A DNA stretch of 50,451 nt from NCBI GenBank assembly GCA_964350735.1, contig CAYGKO010000003.1:1-50451 (forward strand). Reading direction: 5' to 3'. Position 1 is the first letter of the stretch; every line of letters starts with the position of its first letter. The notes below the pieces were generated by a model, which worked only from the letters and a program-made list of their open reading frames with translations, was not told the DNA's origin and made no database searches. Source of the DNA: an uncultured Candidatus Saccharibacteria bacterium (lineage in GTDB: Bacteria; Patescibacteriota; Minisyncoccia; Phycocordibacterales; UBA918). Positions 8,981 to 16,010 of the stretch are shown here, piece after piece. Made by a program: the position numbers and the translations under genes.

Positions 8981-10796
8981 AGTTTTTCATAGTGCGAATC
9001 GCTCCAATAATCACGTGCGCAGCGGCATCAATAGCACACACTCGACTAGTAGCTGATTCCCGAATACCGCCACGGAACTGTGCTCGCACAGACTCGCGCA
9101 TGTGATACATATTAGTGTCATTGTATTGCATCATCAGTAACCATGACACCAATTGCGGACACAGCGCCGGATATTCTGCACCCCGGCTCGCGAACACTTC
9201 ATACAACTTCGCCACCCCGCGAGCATAGCGCACCGGTTGATCTATCGCCTCTACACCTACTCCCATCCAGTCAGACTGTACTTCAGCCAGCACCTGCGCT
9301 GCTCCCGCTTCAAAATCAATGGTTACGGCATCTGCCCACACCACACTGGCATAGGGTATATCTCCATAGGTTTTGTTCGTTGTCTGTAATTTTTGCACAA
9401 AACGATCCCAGATCTGAGTAGTAGCTTCCTTGCCGGCAGTAATTCTCAGGTACTGCAACATCGTAATAACATCATGATCAACTGACCAGTCAACGCTCGC
9501 CATCAGCAACTGATAGAATACGTTATCGTTGAGTGCGTGAGCTAACTCTGCCAGATACAACACGGCCACAGGGTTGTCCTTAATCCGATCAGGCTGCCTC
9601 TTATAGATAGCTGCGAGATATTCTGCAACTGCCCCCGCCGCCCGCAGTGAATCATCATCATTAAAGACTTTCCCATACTGTGCTAACGCCACTCCCGCTA
9701 AGGTGAGCTTGGTTGGGTCAAAGTGTGTTACCACACCCTGCCGGGGACACATCACTGCCGGAATATTACCGTCTGACTCCTGCAGTCGACATAACCACCC
9801 CGCCGTTTGTTCGAGTAATGCTTTGACTGACTCCTTAGTCTGTTCCGTCAACTCTCGCTGTACCAGTGGCCCAACCCCTTGCTGCACCGCTTCTGTATCT
9901 ACCGTATACGATCGCACTGGTGATACCGACAAATCATACGTTTCATCGTCTTCGATCCCTGCTTTTTCAAGCAAAGCTTGCCTGTACTCCGCGGCTGTTG
10001 CGAACGTCGCAATGTTAAAAATCTCTGGCAAAAACACCCCCCGCCGGCCACTGGCTCCGACTACAAACACCGCCTGATCAATCACCTCAGATAGGCCAAA
10101 ATTTTTTCTTAGCGGCGTGCGTAGTTTTGAAATACATACCAGCTCCAGCGTCGCGATGACCGCATCTGCTTGACTAAGTGGTTTGAAACGTTGATCATGT
10201 TGCACCGCTTTGCACACAAGTGGCAACGCCTCTGCTACAGACAAGCCACACTGAACCGCTGAACCACGCAACTCTCCATCTACCCACACCGCTACACCAA
10301 CATCTCCTTGCAACATAAAATCCGAAGGAAAAGCTTCGGTACTAACCACATCAACTTCTTGTGTATCCATAGACTGCTGCTGCCAGAAGCACTCCTTCAC
10401 CAACCAGACTTCCGCTGCAGTAAGCTCTCGATCAAAATACACTGGGTCTTGTATATCCTGCGCATTTGTTACTTCTATATTAAAATGACTGGTATGTAGC
10501 GATGACTGATTAACAAAGTCGCCCCGCCGCGCAGACACTACAACACTCGGTTCACCACCTTCACAAACAACAAAACATGCGGTCGGAGCTAGCCCTTGAA
10601 CTACTGTTAGTTGCAGACATACTCGCTTTGCCGCAACAGTGACCGCAACCACTGCCCCTAGCGACAGCTGCTGCGTATAATGCCGCAAGATTGCCTCCAG
10701 CTCTCCTTGGTCAGACCTCGGTAGGCTTGGCCATACCCTATGTATCATATCTAAAACCTCCTGTTCTGAGCTTTTAGTGGCTTGTGCCCACTTCAT
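8970..10796 (-). CDS. Three-part fusion: unassigned N-terminal region, AMMECR1-like domain, and a C-terminal (alpha/alpha) toroid-like repeat domain
   Basis: 608-aa ORF. The AMMECR1 pattern is GVAVWVDGELRGSAVQCG ... HDQRFKPLSQAD ... GRRGVFLPEIF, with Ser where LRGCIG normally has Cys. The C-terminal ~300 aa carries AGWLCRLQESDGNIPA and GGIRESATSRVCAIDAAAHVIIG, reminiscent of prenyltransferase/terpene-cyclase-type toroids. No LanC zinc motifs are present. Confidence 0.7.
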   Translation of the reverse strand: MKWAQATKSSEQEVLDMIHRVWPSLPRSDQGELEAILRHYTQQLSLGAVVAVTVAAKRVCLQLTVVQGLAPTACFVVCEGGEPSVVVSARRGDFVNQSSLHTSHFNIEVTNAQDIQDPVYFDRELTAAEVWLVKECFWQQQSMDTQEVDVVSTEAFPSDFMLQGDVGVAVWVDGELRGSAVQCGLSVAEALPLVCKAVQHDQRFKPLSQADAVIATLELVCISKLRTPLRKNFGLSEVIDQAVFVVGASGRRGVFLPEIFNIATFATAAEYRQALLEKAGIEDDETYDLSVSPVRSYTVDTEAVQQGVGPLVQRELTEQTKESVKALLEQTAGWLCRLQESDGNIPAVMCPRQGVVTHFDPTKLTLAGVALAQYGKVFNDDDSLRAAGAVAEYLAAIYKRQPDRIKDNPVAVLYLAELAHALNDNVFYQLLMASVDWSVDHDVITMLQYLRITAGKEATTQIWDRFVQKLQTTNKTYGDIPYASVVWADAVTIDFEAGAAQVLAEVQSDWMGVGVEAIDQPVRYARGVAKLYEVFASRGAEYPALCPQLVSWLLMMQYNDTNMYHMRESVRAQFRGGIRESATSRVCAIDAAAHVIIGAIRTMKNYEI

Positions 10797-10809
10797 ACTG
10801 ATCGAGTGA

Positions 10810-11586
10810 TTACCATTCTGTTTGTTGCAAATCTTCTAGTTCAGCTCTAAACACTTCATCCTGGAGTAAAAATTCCCAGTACCCTTGGGCTAGTGCCACT
10901 CCGGCCATCGTGTCACTTGGATAATGTACCCCGGCAACTTCCCGATTAGTAGCGATACGTAGCGCATCAGCCGTATATACCTCAGCCTGGTCTGGATCCA
11001 AATATCCCAAAACAAAAGCTACAAAATGCGCCTGACTTGAGTGGCGACTTGGATACGCCGGATGGTCCGGCACCGGAATACTGCTCTCAAGCTGGTCGTC
11101 AAGCAGACTGGGTCGAATGCGGTCGAACGTCGTCTTATAATGAAAGATCGCATAATCAAACCGAAACAAATGCTTTTTTAATAACGCCCCGGTCAGCGGT
11201 TTGTCACGCATCACTACTCCGATTGATGACGATCCTAGTCGAAAATCTTCTAATGCGACCTCCGCCACAATTTCCGCTTCTTGCGTCTCAGTTCGATCGG
11301 TTTGTAATTGATGTAAATAAACTAGTTCTTCAGTGACGACCGCTCCAACTGGTGGTGGTAGCAAATCGAATTGTGATAAAAATGTCACCATTGACGCGGG
11401 TGGCTGGAATGTAAATGTCACGTACTGATCACCCAATACTTGGGTACCCGAAAAAGTATCAGCCGCAACTTCTGGTGAGGCTGATTCTTCAGTCGTATTC
11501 TCTGTGTGCAAACCTTGCATCACCAACAGCCCCATAAATAAAACTACTGTCAGCCCCACGATCTGTAAGCATTCAAAGCCTTTCAT
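10810..11586 (-). CDS. Secreted or membrane-anchored PAP2-superfamily phosphatase (acid phosphatase / haloperoxidase-like fold)
   Basis: PAP2 motifs are KTTFDRIRP, YPSRHS and NREVAGVHYPSD. I prefer the ATG at 11584-11586 (MKGFECLQIVGLTVVLFMGLLVM); the track start is 11637. Its stop lies 13 nt before the next start. Confidence 0.8.
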   Translation of the reverse strand: MKGFECLQIVGLTVVLFMGLLVMQGLHTENTTEESASPEVAADTFSGTQVLGDQYVTFTFQPPASMVTFLSQFDLLPPPVGAVVTEELVYLHQLQTDRTETQEAEIVAEVALEDFRLGSSSIGVVMRDKPLTGALLKKHLFRFDYAIFHYKTTFDRIRPSLLDDQLESSIPVPDHPAYPSRHSSQAHFVAFVLGYLDPDQAEVYTADALRIATNREVAGVHYPSDTMAGVALAQGYWEFLLQDEVFRAELEDLQQTEW

Positions 11587-11640
11587 CACACCAGTATACT
11601 GCAAAATATAGCAAATACACTCCCACAGTCCCAACATAGG

Positions 11641-11681
11641 AAAAAATAAAAAAATCCCCCTTCGAACCGCAGTTCGAAGGG
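11641..11681 (-). terminator. Intrinsic terminator of the lipoprotein gene
   Basis: The stem is CCCTTCGAAC/GTTCGAAGGG (11658-11681) with a 4-nt loop. On the minus strand it is followed by a T-rich run (plus-strand A-run 11641-11655). Confidence 0.65.
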
Positions 11682-11703
11682 AGAGTCATACTTTTGCTGC
11701 AGA

Positions 11704-12213
11704 TCAGCTGATCGGGCCGGAATAGTCGCCGTCACAGTTTGTCCCGCAGGCGCCGCCAGTCCGGGCTTTCGCCTTGACCGTATTTCCGTCAACCCGACCA
11801 TCGAGCGAGCCGGGAAAGCGGCCAAAGCGGCCGAGATTGAATTCCAGCCCACTGATCGAGAAGGTGCCATCTGAATTGATCCGCGCACTGCCGCCCCGCT
11901 TGACGAGGTCGCCCGGCTTAACCGTCACAACGCCGTCAACCACGACAAGATTGATCGGCTTTCCGTGATCCCAATTCGTATTTTTCAGGGTACCGGAGCC
12001 GCCAGTCACCCCAGCTGCTGGCGTCGGCGTCGGATCATCTGCGATTGCCACAGTCGTTACCGATCCTACCGCAGCTGGTTCAGCAGGTGCTGCCGCAGCA
12101 GGCGCCTGATTCGCAGCAGATGCTGGGGCTTCAGTTTTGACAGTTTTGCCGCAAGCGGCAAGAGCGAGTGCAACGACTGCACAAGCGATCAGGCTTGGTG
12201 TTTTGATCGACAT
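11704..12213 (-). CDS. Lipoprotein of unknown function, encoded in GC-rich DNA
   Basis: I prefer the ATG at 12211-12213, with AAGGAG 7 nt upstream. MSIKTPSLIACAVVALALAACGK carries a lipobox (LAAC). An Ala/Pro-rich linker precedes a C-terminal domain with no recognisable motif. The track start at 12291 lies beyond the SD site. Confidence 0.75.
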   Translation of the reverse strand: MSIKTPSLIACAVVALALAACGKTVKTEAPASAANQAPAAAAPAEPAAVGSVTTVAIADDPTPTPAAGVTGGSGTLKNTNWDHGKPINLVVVDGVVTVKPGDLVKRGGSARINSDGTFSISGLEFNLGRFGRFPGSLDGRVDGNTVKAKARTGGACGTNCDGDYSGPIS

Positions 12214-12338
12214 GATCAATCTCCTTGTTAGCACCATGAGGTGCGTGTGATGTCCCACGTAGGACGACAGCCCAACGTGGGCTAAGAACACCTCATCTCC
12301 CCTTAAATAATTTGGAAATCTGGGTGAGGTATAGCACC

Positions 12339-12366
12339 TTTATACACCAATATAAAAAAAAGTCAA
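12339..12366 (-). promoter_or_regulatory. Sigma-70-like promoter for the lipoprotein gene
   Basis: On the minus strand: TTGACT (12366-12361), a 16-nt spacer, then TATAAA (12344-12339). This implies a 5' leader of about 120 nt. Confidence 0.45.
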
Positions 12367-12403
12367 CACTTGTACCGGTGTTTTGATCTCAAAAATTTGA
12401 CAT

Positions 12404-12467
12404 GAAAAAAGACCGTATAACCTGATCTTCGTCGTAGCACCGGTGTGCTGAAGTAGTTATTCGGTCT
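12404..12467 (-). terminator. Long-hairpin intrinsic terminator closing the upstream minus-strand transcript
   Basis: AGACCGTATAAC (12410-12421) pairs with GTTATTCGGTCT (12456-12467) with one mismatch. An inner stem is AGCAC/GTGCT. On the minus strand a T6 run follows (plus-strand A-run 12405-12410). Confidence 0.5.
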
Positions 12468-12690
12468 TCGCGACCGACACGACAAATGTCGTGTCGGTCC
12501 GTTTAGATACCCGTCAGCCTAATTTCCTCTACGAAGAGGGTGAGATCCAGACTTCAAGGTGCTGTGCATAGGTTTCGAGGGAAACCAAGAGCGGTCCCCC
12601 TTCTTCAAGGAGGAGCCGTTAGAGGAATGATAACACAGACAAATATGATCGTCTAGTATAAGGGCGACAACTTGCCGCCCTTACCTTTCT
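12468..12690. ncRNA. Unclassified structured segment. It could be a long 3' UTR of the small lipoprotein gene or an independent sRNA.
   Basis: There are several perfect hairpins: GACCGACACGAC-AAAT-GTCGTGTCGGTC (12472-12499), GGTTTC-GAGG-GAAACC, TCCCCCTT-CTTC-AAGGAGGA with one G-T (wobble) pair, and AAGGGCG-N9-CGCCCTT. A 13-nt direct repeat is also present. No Rfam-type signature was recognised. Confidence 0.2.
12543..12555 (+). repeat. Copy 1 of the 13-nt direct repeat AGATCCAGACTTC
   Basis: An exact second copy lies at 12692-12704, 149 nt away. That copy overlaps the stop codon of the small lipoprotein ORF. Confidence 0.9.
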
Positions 12691-12875
12691 CAGATCCAGA
12701 CTTCCGTCTTGGGTTTAACGACCTTCATCGGTCGAACTGCCGTCGGCCTTTTGGGCTCAGTGGACTGTTCAACTCTTGGTGCCGCCTTTGACCCCAGATC
12801 AGGTGTCACAGCTCCTTGCGGAACTGCGCATCCGGCTACCCAGAGGGCGCCTAGACATAACATAAGAACTCTCAC
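12690..12875 (-). CDS. Small (61 aa) lipoprotein of unknown function
   Basis: I prefer the GTG at 12873-12875, preceded by AAGGAGAG. (M)RVLMLCLGALWVAGC carries a lipobox (VAGC). The track ORF extends to 12938, beyond the SD site. Confidence 0.5.
   Translation of the reverse strand: MRVLMLCLGALWVAGCAVPQGAVTPDLGSKAAPRVEQSTEPKRPTAVRPMKVVKPKTEVWI
12692..12704 (+). repeat. Copy 2 of the 13-nt direct repeat AGATCCAGACTTC
   Basis: Exact match to 12543-12555. Confidence 0.9.
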
Positions 12876-12943
12876 GGTTCTCTCCTTGTATGCACAGAAT
12901 GCGACGTTTCCAGGGATCTCACTCTCCTTCCACGCCACGCAAA

Positions 12944-12971
12944 ATCATACTTTAAATTTAAAATATGTCAA
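12944..12971 (-). promoter_or_regulatory. Sigma-70-like promoter for the small lipoprotein gene
   Basis: On the minus strand: TTGACA (12971-12966), a 16-nt spacer, then TATGAT (12949-12944). Confidence 0.4.
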
Positions 12972-13032
12972 TGTACCGCTAAAAAATCCAAATCCCCTAC
13001 CGCTTCTGGCGTTTTCTGGTATTCTTACGCAC

Positions 13033-14295
13033 ATGAGTAATGACAAACTATCAACCCAGCCTTATAAGGGCGTGCGGGACTTTTATCCGGATGATATGGC
13101 GGTGCAGCGCTATATGTTTGATGTCTGGAGTCACACCGCTGAAAGCTTTGGCTTTGAGCGCTATGATGCGTCGGTGCTGGAGCCAAGTAGCCTCTATAAA
13201 GCAAAAGGGGCGGAGAACGCAGAGATGGTGAATGAACAGACCTACACCTTTACTGACCGCGGTGAGCGTGAGGTAACGCTCCGCCCTGAGATGACCCCAA
13301 CGGTGGCGCGTATGATCGCCGGCAAGCGGCGCGAACTCTCCTTCCCAGTCCGCTGGTACTCCATCCCCAACCTCTTTCGCTACGAACGCGCGCAGCGAGG
13401 TCGCCTACGCGAACATTGGCAGCTGAACTGCGACATCTTTGGCAGCGATGACTACACCGCTGACGTTGAAATAATTGCACTCGCGCACCAAATCTTTATG
13501 AACTTCGGGGCTGACGAGAGCATGTTTGAAATCTTGGTGAACAATCGCCAGACGATGAAAAAAGCCTATGAGTTGCTCGGGATCACCGATGAAGACACTG
13601 TGACCGCTATTACCCGACTGAATGACCGCAAAGACAAAATTGAAGCCGCCGAATATATCTCGTCGTTAACAACGATAGTTGGTGACAGTGCGTTAGCGGC
13701 AGAAATCAAAACCATGATCGAATCAGCTGATCCTGGTGACAATGCCGTCGTAGCTGGACTGCAAGAACTGGGTATCTCTAATTTACGCATCGACCGCTCA
13801 CTAGCGCGCGGCTTCGACTACTACACTGGCACGATTTTTGAAATTAAAGACACCAACCCTGAGAACAATCGTTCGATGATGGGTGGCGGGCGCTACGATA
13901 ACCTCACCGGCCTCTTTGGTGGTGACCCCGTCTCCGGGATCGGCTTTGGCTTTGGTGATGTGACCTTAAAGAACTTCCTCGAGAGCCACGACCTCATGAC
14001 TGCCAATCTCACCTCTCCTGCCCTCACCATTCTTCCAATGGACCCAGCGTACAATCTAGCTGCACAAAAGCTGGCTGCTGCCTTCCGCGCGGCAGATATC
14101 TCAGTCTCGACTGACATCAGTGACCGCAAAGTCGGAAAGAAGCTTGATGCTGCCAACAAAGCTTTTGTTGATTACGCGATTATTCTCGGTGAAGATGAAA
14201 TCGCATCCAGCACCTACACCATGAAAAACCTCACCACTAATGAAGAGACTGCTGGGAATACGAACATCCTAAGCGACACTGTACATAATCAGTAA
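13033..14295 (+). CDS. hisS: Histidine--tRNA ligase
   Basis: Motifs are KGVRDFYPDDM, LRPEMTPTVARM, RWYSIPNLFRYERAQRGRLREHWQ and GGGRYDNL. The start is taken at MSNDKLSTQPYKG. The 108 upstream codons of the track ORF overlap the divergent lipoprotein gene and its promoter. Confidence 0.9.
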   Translation: MSNDKLSTQPYKGVRDFYPDDMAVQRYMFDVWSHTAESFGFERYDASVLEPSSLYKAKGAENAEMVNEQTYTFTDRGEREVTLRPEMTPTVARMIAGKRRELSFPVRWYSIPNLFRYERAQRGRLREHWQLNCDIFGSDDYTADVEIIALAHQIFMNFGADESMFEILVNNRQTMKKAYELLGITDEDTVTAITRLNDRKDKIEAAEYISSLTTIVGDSALAAEIKTMIESADPGDNAVVAGLQELGISNLRIDRSLARGFDYYTGTIFEIKDTNPENNRSMMGGGRYDNLTGLFGGDPVSGIGFGFGDVTLKNFLESHDLMTANLTSPALTILPMDPAYNLAAQKLAAAFRAADISVSTDISDRKVGKKLDAANKAFVDYAIILGEDEIASSTYTMKNLTTNEETAGNTNILSDTVHNQ

Positions 14296-14348
14296 TCACA
14301 TAATATCGGTTTGGTGTATTTCTGTCTAAGATTAGTAGATATGGTAAA

Positions 14349-14936
14349 ATGCCTATCACTATGCGTTATATTGTTTTTGATCTTGAGACTCAAAATATCT
14401 TCCAAGAAGTAGGGAGTAGTGACGCCACGGCGCTTGATATCTCAGTGGGGACTGTCTACGACAGTGAAACTGACACCTATACTACCGCCACTATCGATAA
14501 CCTGGAGATCCTGTGGCCCATTATCGAAAAAGCGGATGCGCTCGTCGGGTACAACAGCAACCACTTTGATATTCCCCTCTTGAATAAGTACTACCCCGGT
14601 GACCTGACGCAAATAAAAAGTATTGATATCCTCGAAGACATCCGCGCCTCGCTAGGCCGCCGACTGCGACTTGATTCGGTCGCTCAAGCTACGATTGGAG
14701 CCAAGAAAAGTGCTGACGGACTGCAAGCTGTCCGCTGGTGGCGTGAAGGCAAGATTAAGGAGATTATGAAGTACTGCGAGCAAGATGTAAAAGTGACCAA
14801 GAAAGTATTTGAATACGCGCTCGAGCATGGCCACGTGAAGTTCAAAGATGGCGCCCGCAAGCGCGAGATCCCAATCGATACCTCAGCCTGGACCACCAAA
14901 GAAGATGCGGCCATGACGCACAGCTTGCCGTTCTAA
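14349..14936 (+). CDS. DEDDy-type 3'-5' exonuclease (RNase H-like fold)
   Basis: The exonuclease motifs are IVFDLETQN (Exo I), LVGYNSNHFDIPLL (Exo II) and YCEQDVKVTKKVF (Exo III). The start may instead be the ATG at 14361. Confidence 0.7.
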   Translation: MPITMRYIVFDLETQNIFQEVGSSDATALDISVGTVYDSETDTYTTATIDNLEILWPIIEKADALVGYNSNHFDIPLLNKYYPGDLTQIKSIDILEDIRASLGRRLRLDSVAQATIGAKKSADGLQAVRWWREGKIKEIMKYCEQDVKVTKKVFEYALEHGHVKFKDGARKREIPIDTSAWTTKEDAAMTHSLPF

Positions 14937-14938
14937 AT

Positions 14939-14978
14939 AAACCACTCAAATCCGTCCGGATTTGAGTGGTTTATTTTT
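14939..14978 (+). terminator. Intrinsic terminator after the exonuclease gene
   Basis: The stem is AAACCACTCAAATCC/GGATTTGAGTGGTTT, followed by ATTTTTG. Confidence 0.7.
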
Positions 14979-15111
14979 GAGTCAAAGGCGGGCATCCTCT
15001 TCTTACAGAAGCTGTACACTCTTTGGATACTTTCTTCCTTGCAGTCAGAAACTATCTCAAACGGTCTTGCGAAAGTACTGTTGTACTTTCTCACTCTCGC
15101 TCGAAACACGT

Positions 15112-15135
15112 AAAAAGTGACGAGGGTCACTTTTT
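15112..15135 (-). terminator. Hairpin at the 3' end of uppP
   Basis: AAAAAGTGAC-GAGG-GTCACTTTTT. It overlaps the uppP stop codon. Confidence 0.45.
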
Positions 15136-15943
15136 ACCCAAAGGCATAGAGAAACACCACTAAGCCAGCCAGGATAAATCGGTACCAGATAAACGGCCAG
15201 AGAGTGTGATTACGAACAAAGCCGATCATGAAGTGAATAGCGGCAAGCCCGGTCAAAAATGCGACCACGGCTCCGACTGACACTGCAGTCCACGCCACGC
15301 TCCCATCAGAGGTAATGAGTTCGAGCATTTTTTTTGACCCCGCTCCCAGCATAATCGGCACCGCCAGCAAAAAGGCAAAACGTGCCGCCTCACTCCGTGA
15401 CAGACCTAAGATCATACCGCCGGCAATACTAGCGCCCGAGCGCGACATGCCCGGAATCAAAGCTAATGACTGAAACAGCCCAATCTTCACTCCCCGTCTG
15501 ACATCCATCTCATTATCCTGATGCTGGTGCTGATAACGCCACTCGGCATATATAAATAGAAACGATCCAGCTACTAACACCCCAGCCACCAAGAGTGGCG
15601 AACGAAACGCACTTTCCATTAAAGACTCGAGGGACAAACCAAGGATCACAGCAGGCACGGTACCAGCTAATAGTGCATAAAGCAGTGTCAGATCACGAGG
15701 ATTAACTGGCAGTCGACTTAATCGCCGAAGTGCGGCTTGGATTAGTGTCCAGATATCTTTATGGAAATACACTATCACTGCCGAAGCAGTCGCCAGATGC
15801 AAAATAGCGTCAAACGCTAAGGCGTACTCCCCCTCAACACCAAATAACGACCGGGCAAGAATCAAATGTCCCGAAGATGAAACTGGCAAAAACTCCGTTA
15901 GTCCTTGCACCACCCCGAGACCAATAGCTTCAAAGATACTCAT
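15134..15943 (-). CDS. uppP: Undecaprenyl-diphosphate phosphatase
   Basis: GLGVVQGLTEFLPVSSSGHLIL and a polytopic membrane profile. I use the ATG at 15941-15943; the track starts at a TTG at 15952. Confidence 0.9.
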   Translation of the reverse strand: MSIFEAIGLGVVQGLTEFLPVSSSGHLILARSLFGVEGEYALAFDAILHLATASAVIVYFHKDIWTLIQAALRRLSRLPVNPRDLTLLYALLAGTVPAVILGLSLESLMESAFRSPLLVAGVLVAGSFLFIYAEWRYQHQHQDNEMDVRRGVKIGLFQSLALIPGMSRSGASIAGGMILGLSRSEAARFAFLLAVPIMLGAGSKKMLELITSDGSVAWTAVSVGAVVAFLTGLAAIHFMIGFVRNHTLWPFIWYRFILAGLVVFLYAFG

Positions 15944-16010
15944 GTACCTCAAGTATACCAGTCAAAACTAGCTATGCTATACTTTTTGCACTGTTAGATA
16001 ATGTTTAAAT

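Noticed and set aside
12404-12700. Possible RNase P RNA, tmRNA, SRP RNA or group II intron domain V in the hairpin-rich spacer
   Set aside because: There are superficial resemblances, such as TAGAGGAATGATAAC..ACAGAC to the RNase P 3' region, GAGGGTGAGATCCAGAC to CR-I, and GAGCCGT to domain V. The diagnostic motifs are absent on both strands: GGCTTA of CR-V, GAGGAAAGTCC, the tRNA-like T-arm plus CCA, GGAA/AGCAGC of SRP, and the symmetric ACGGTTC.
11651-12997. Possible att-like direct repeats (AAAAAATCC / AATCCCC) at both borders of the GC-rich island
   Set aside because: They are only 7-9 nt, imperfect and A-rich. The left copy is simply the tail of a terminator. This is not distinguishable from chance.
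12709-13032. 108-codon N-terminal extension of the hisS ORF in the track (528 aa)
   Set aside because: It overlaps the divergent small lipoprotein gene and its promoter. The sequence is not HisRS-like. HisRS homology begins right after the internal Met at 13033.
14933-15130. 65-aa minus-strand ORF between the exonuclease gene and uppP
   Set aside because: It spans two terminator hairpins. It has no SD site, and its sequence looks non-protein-like.
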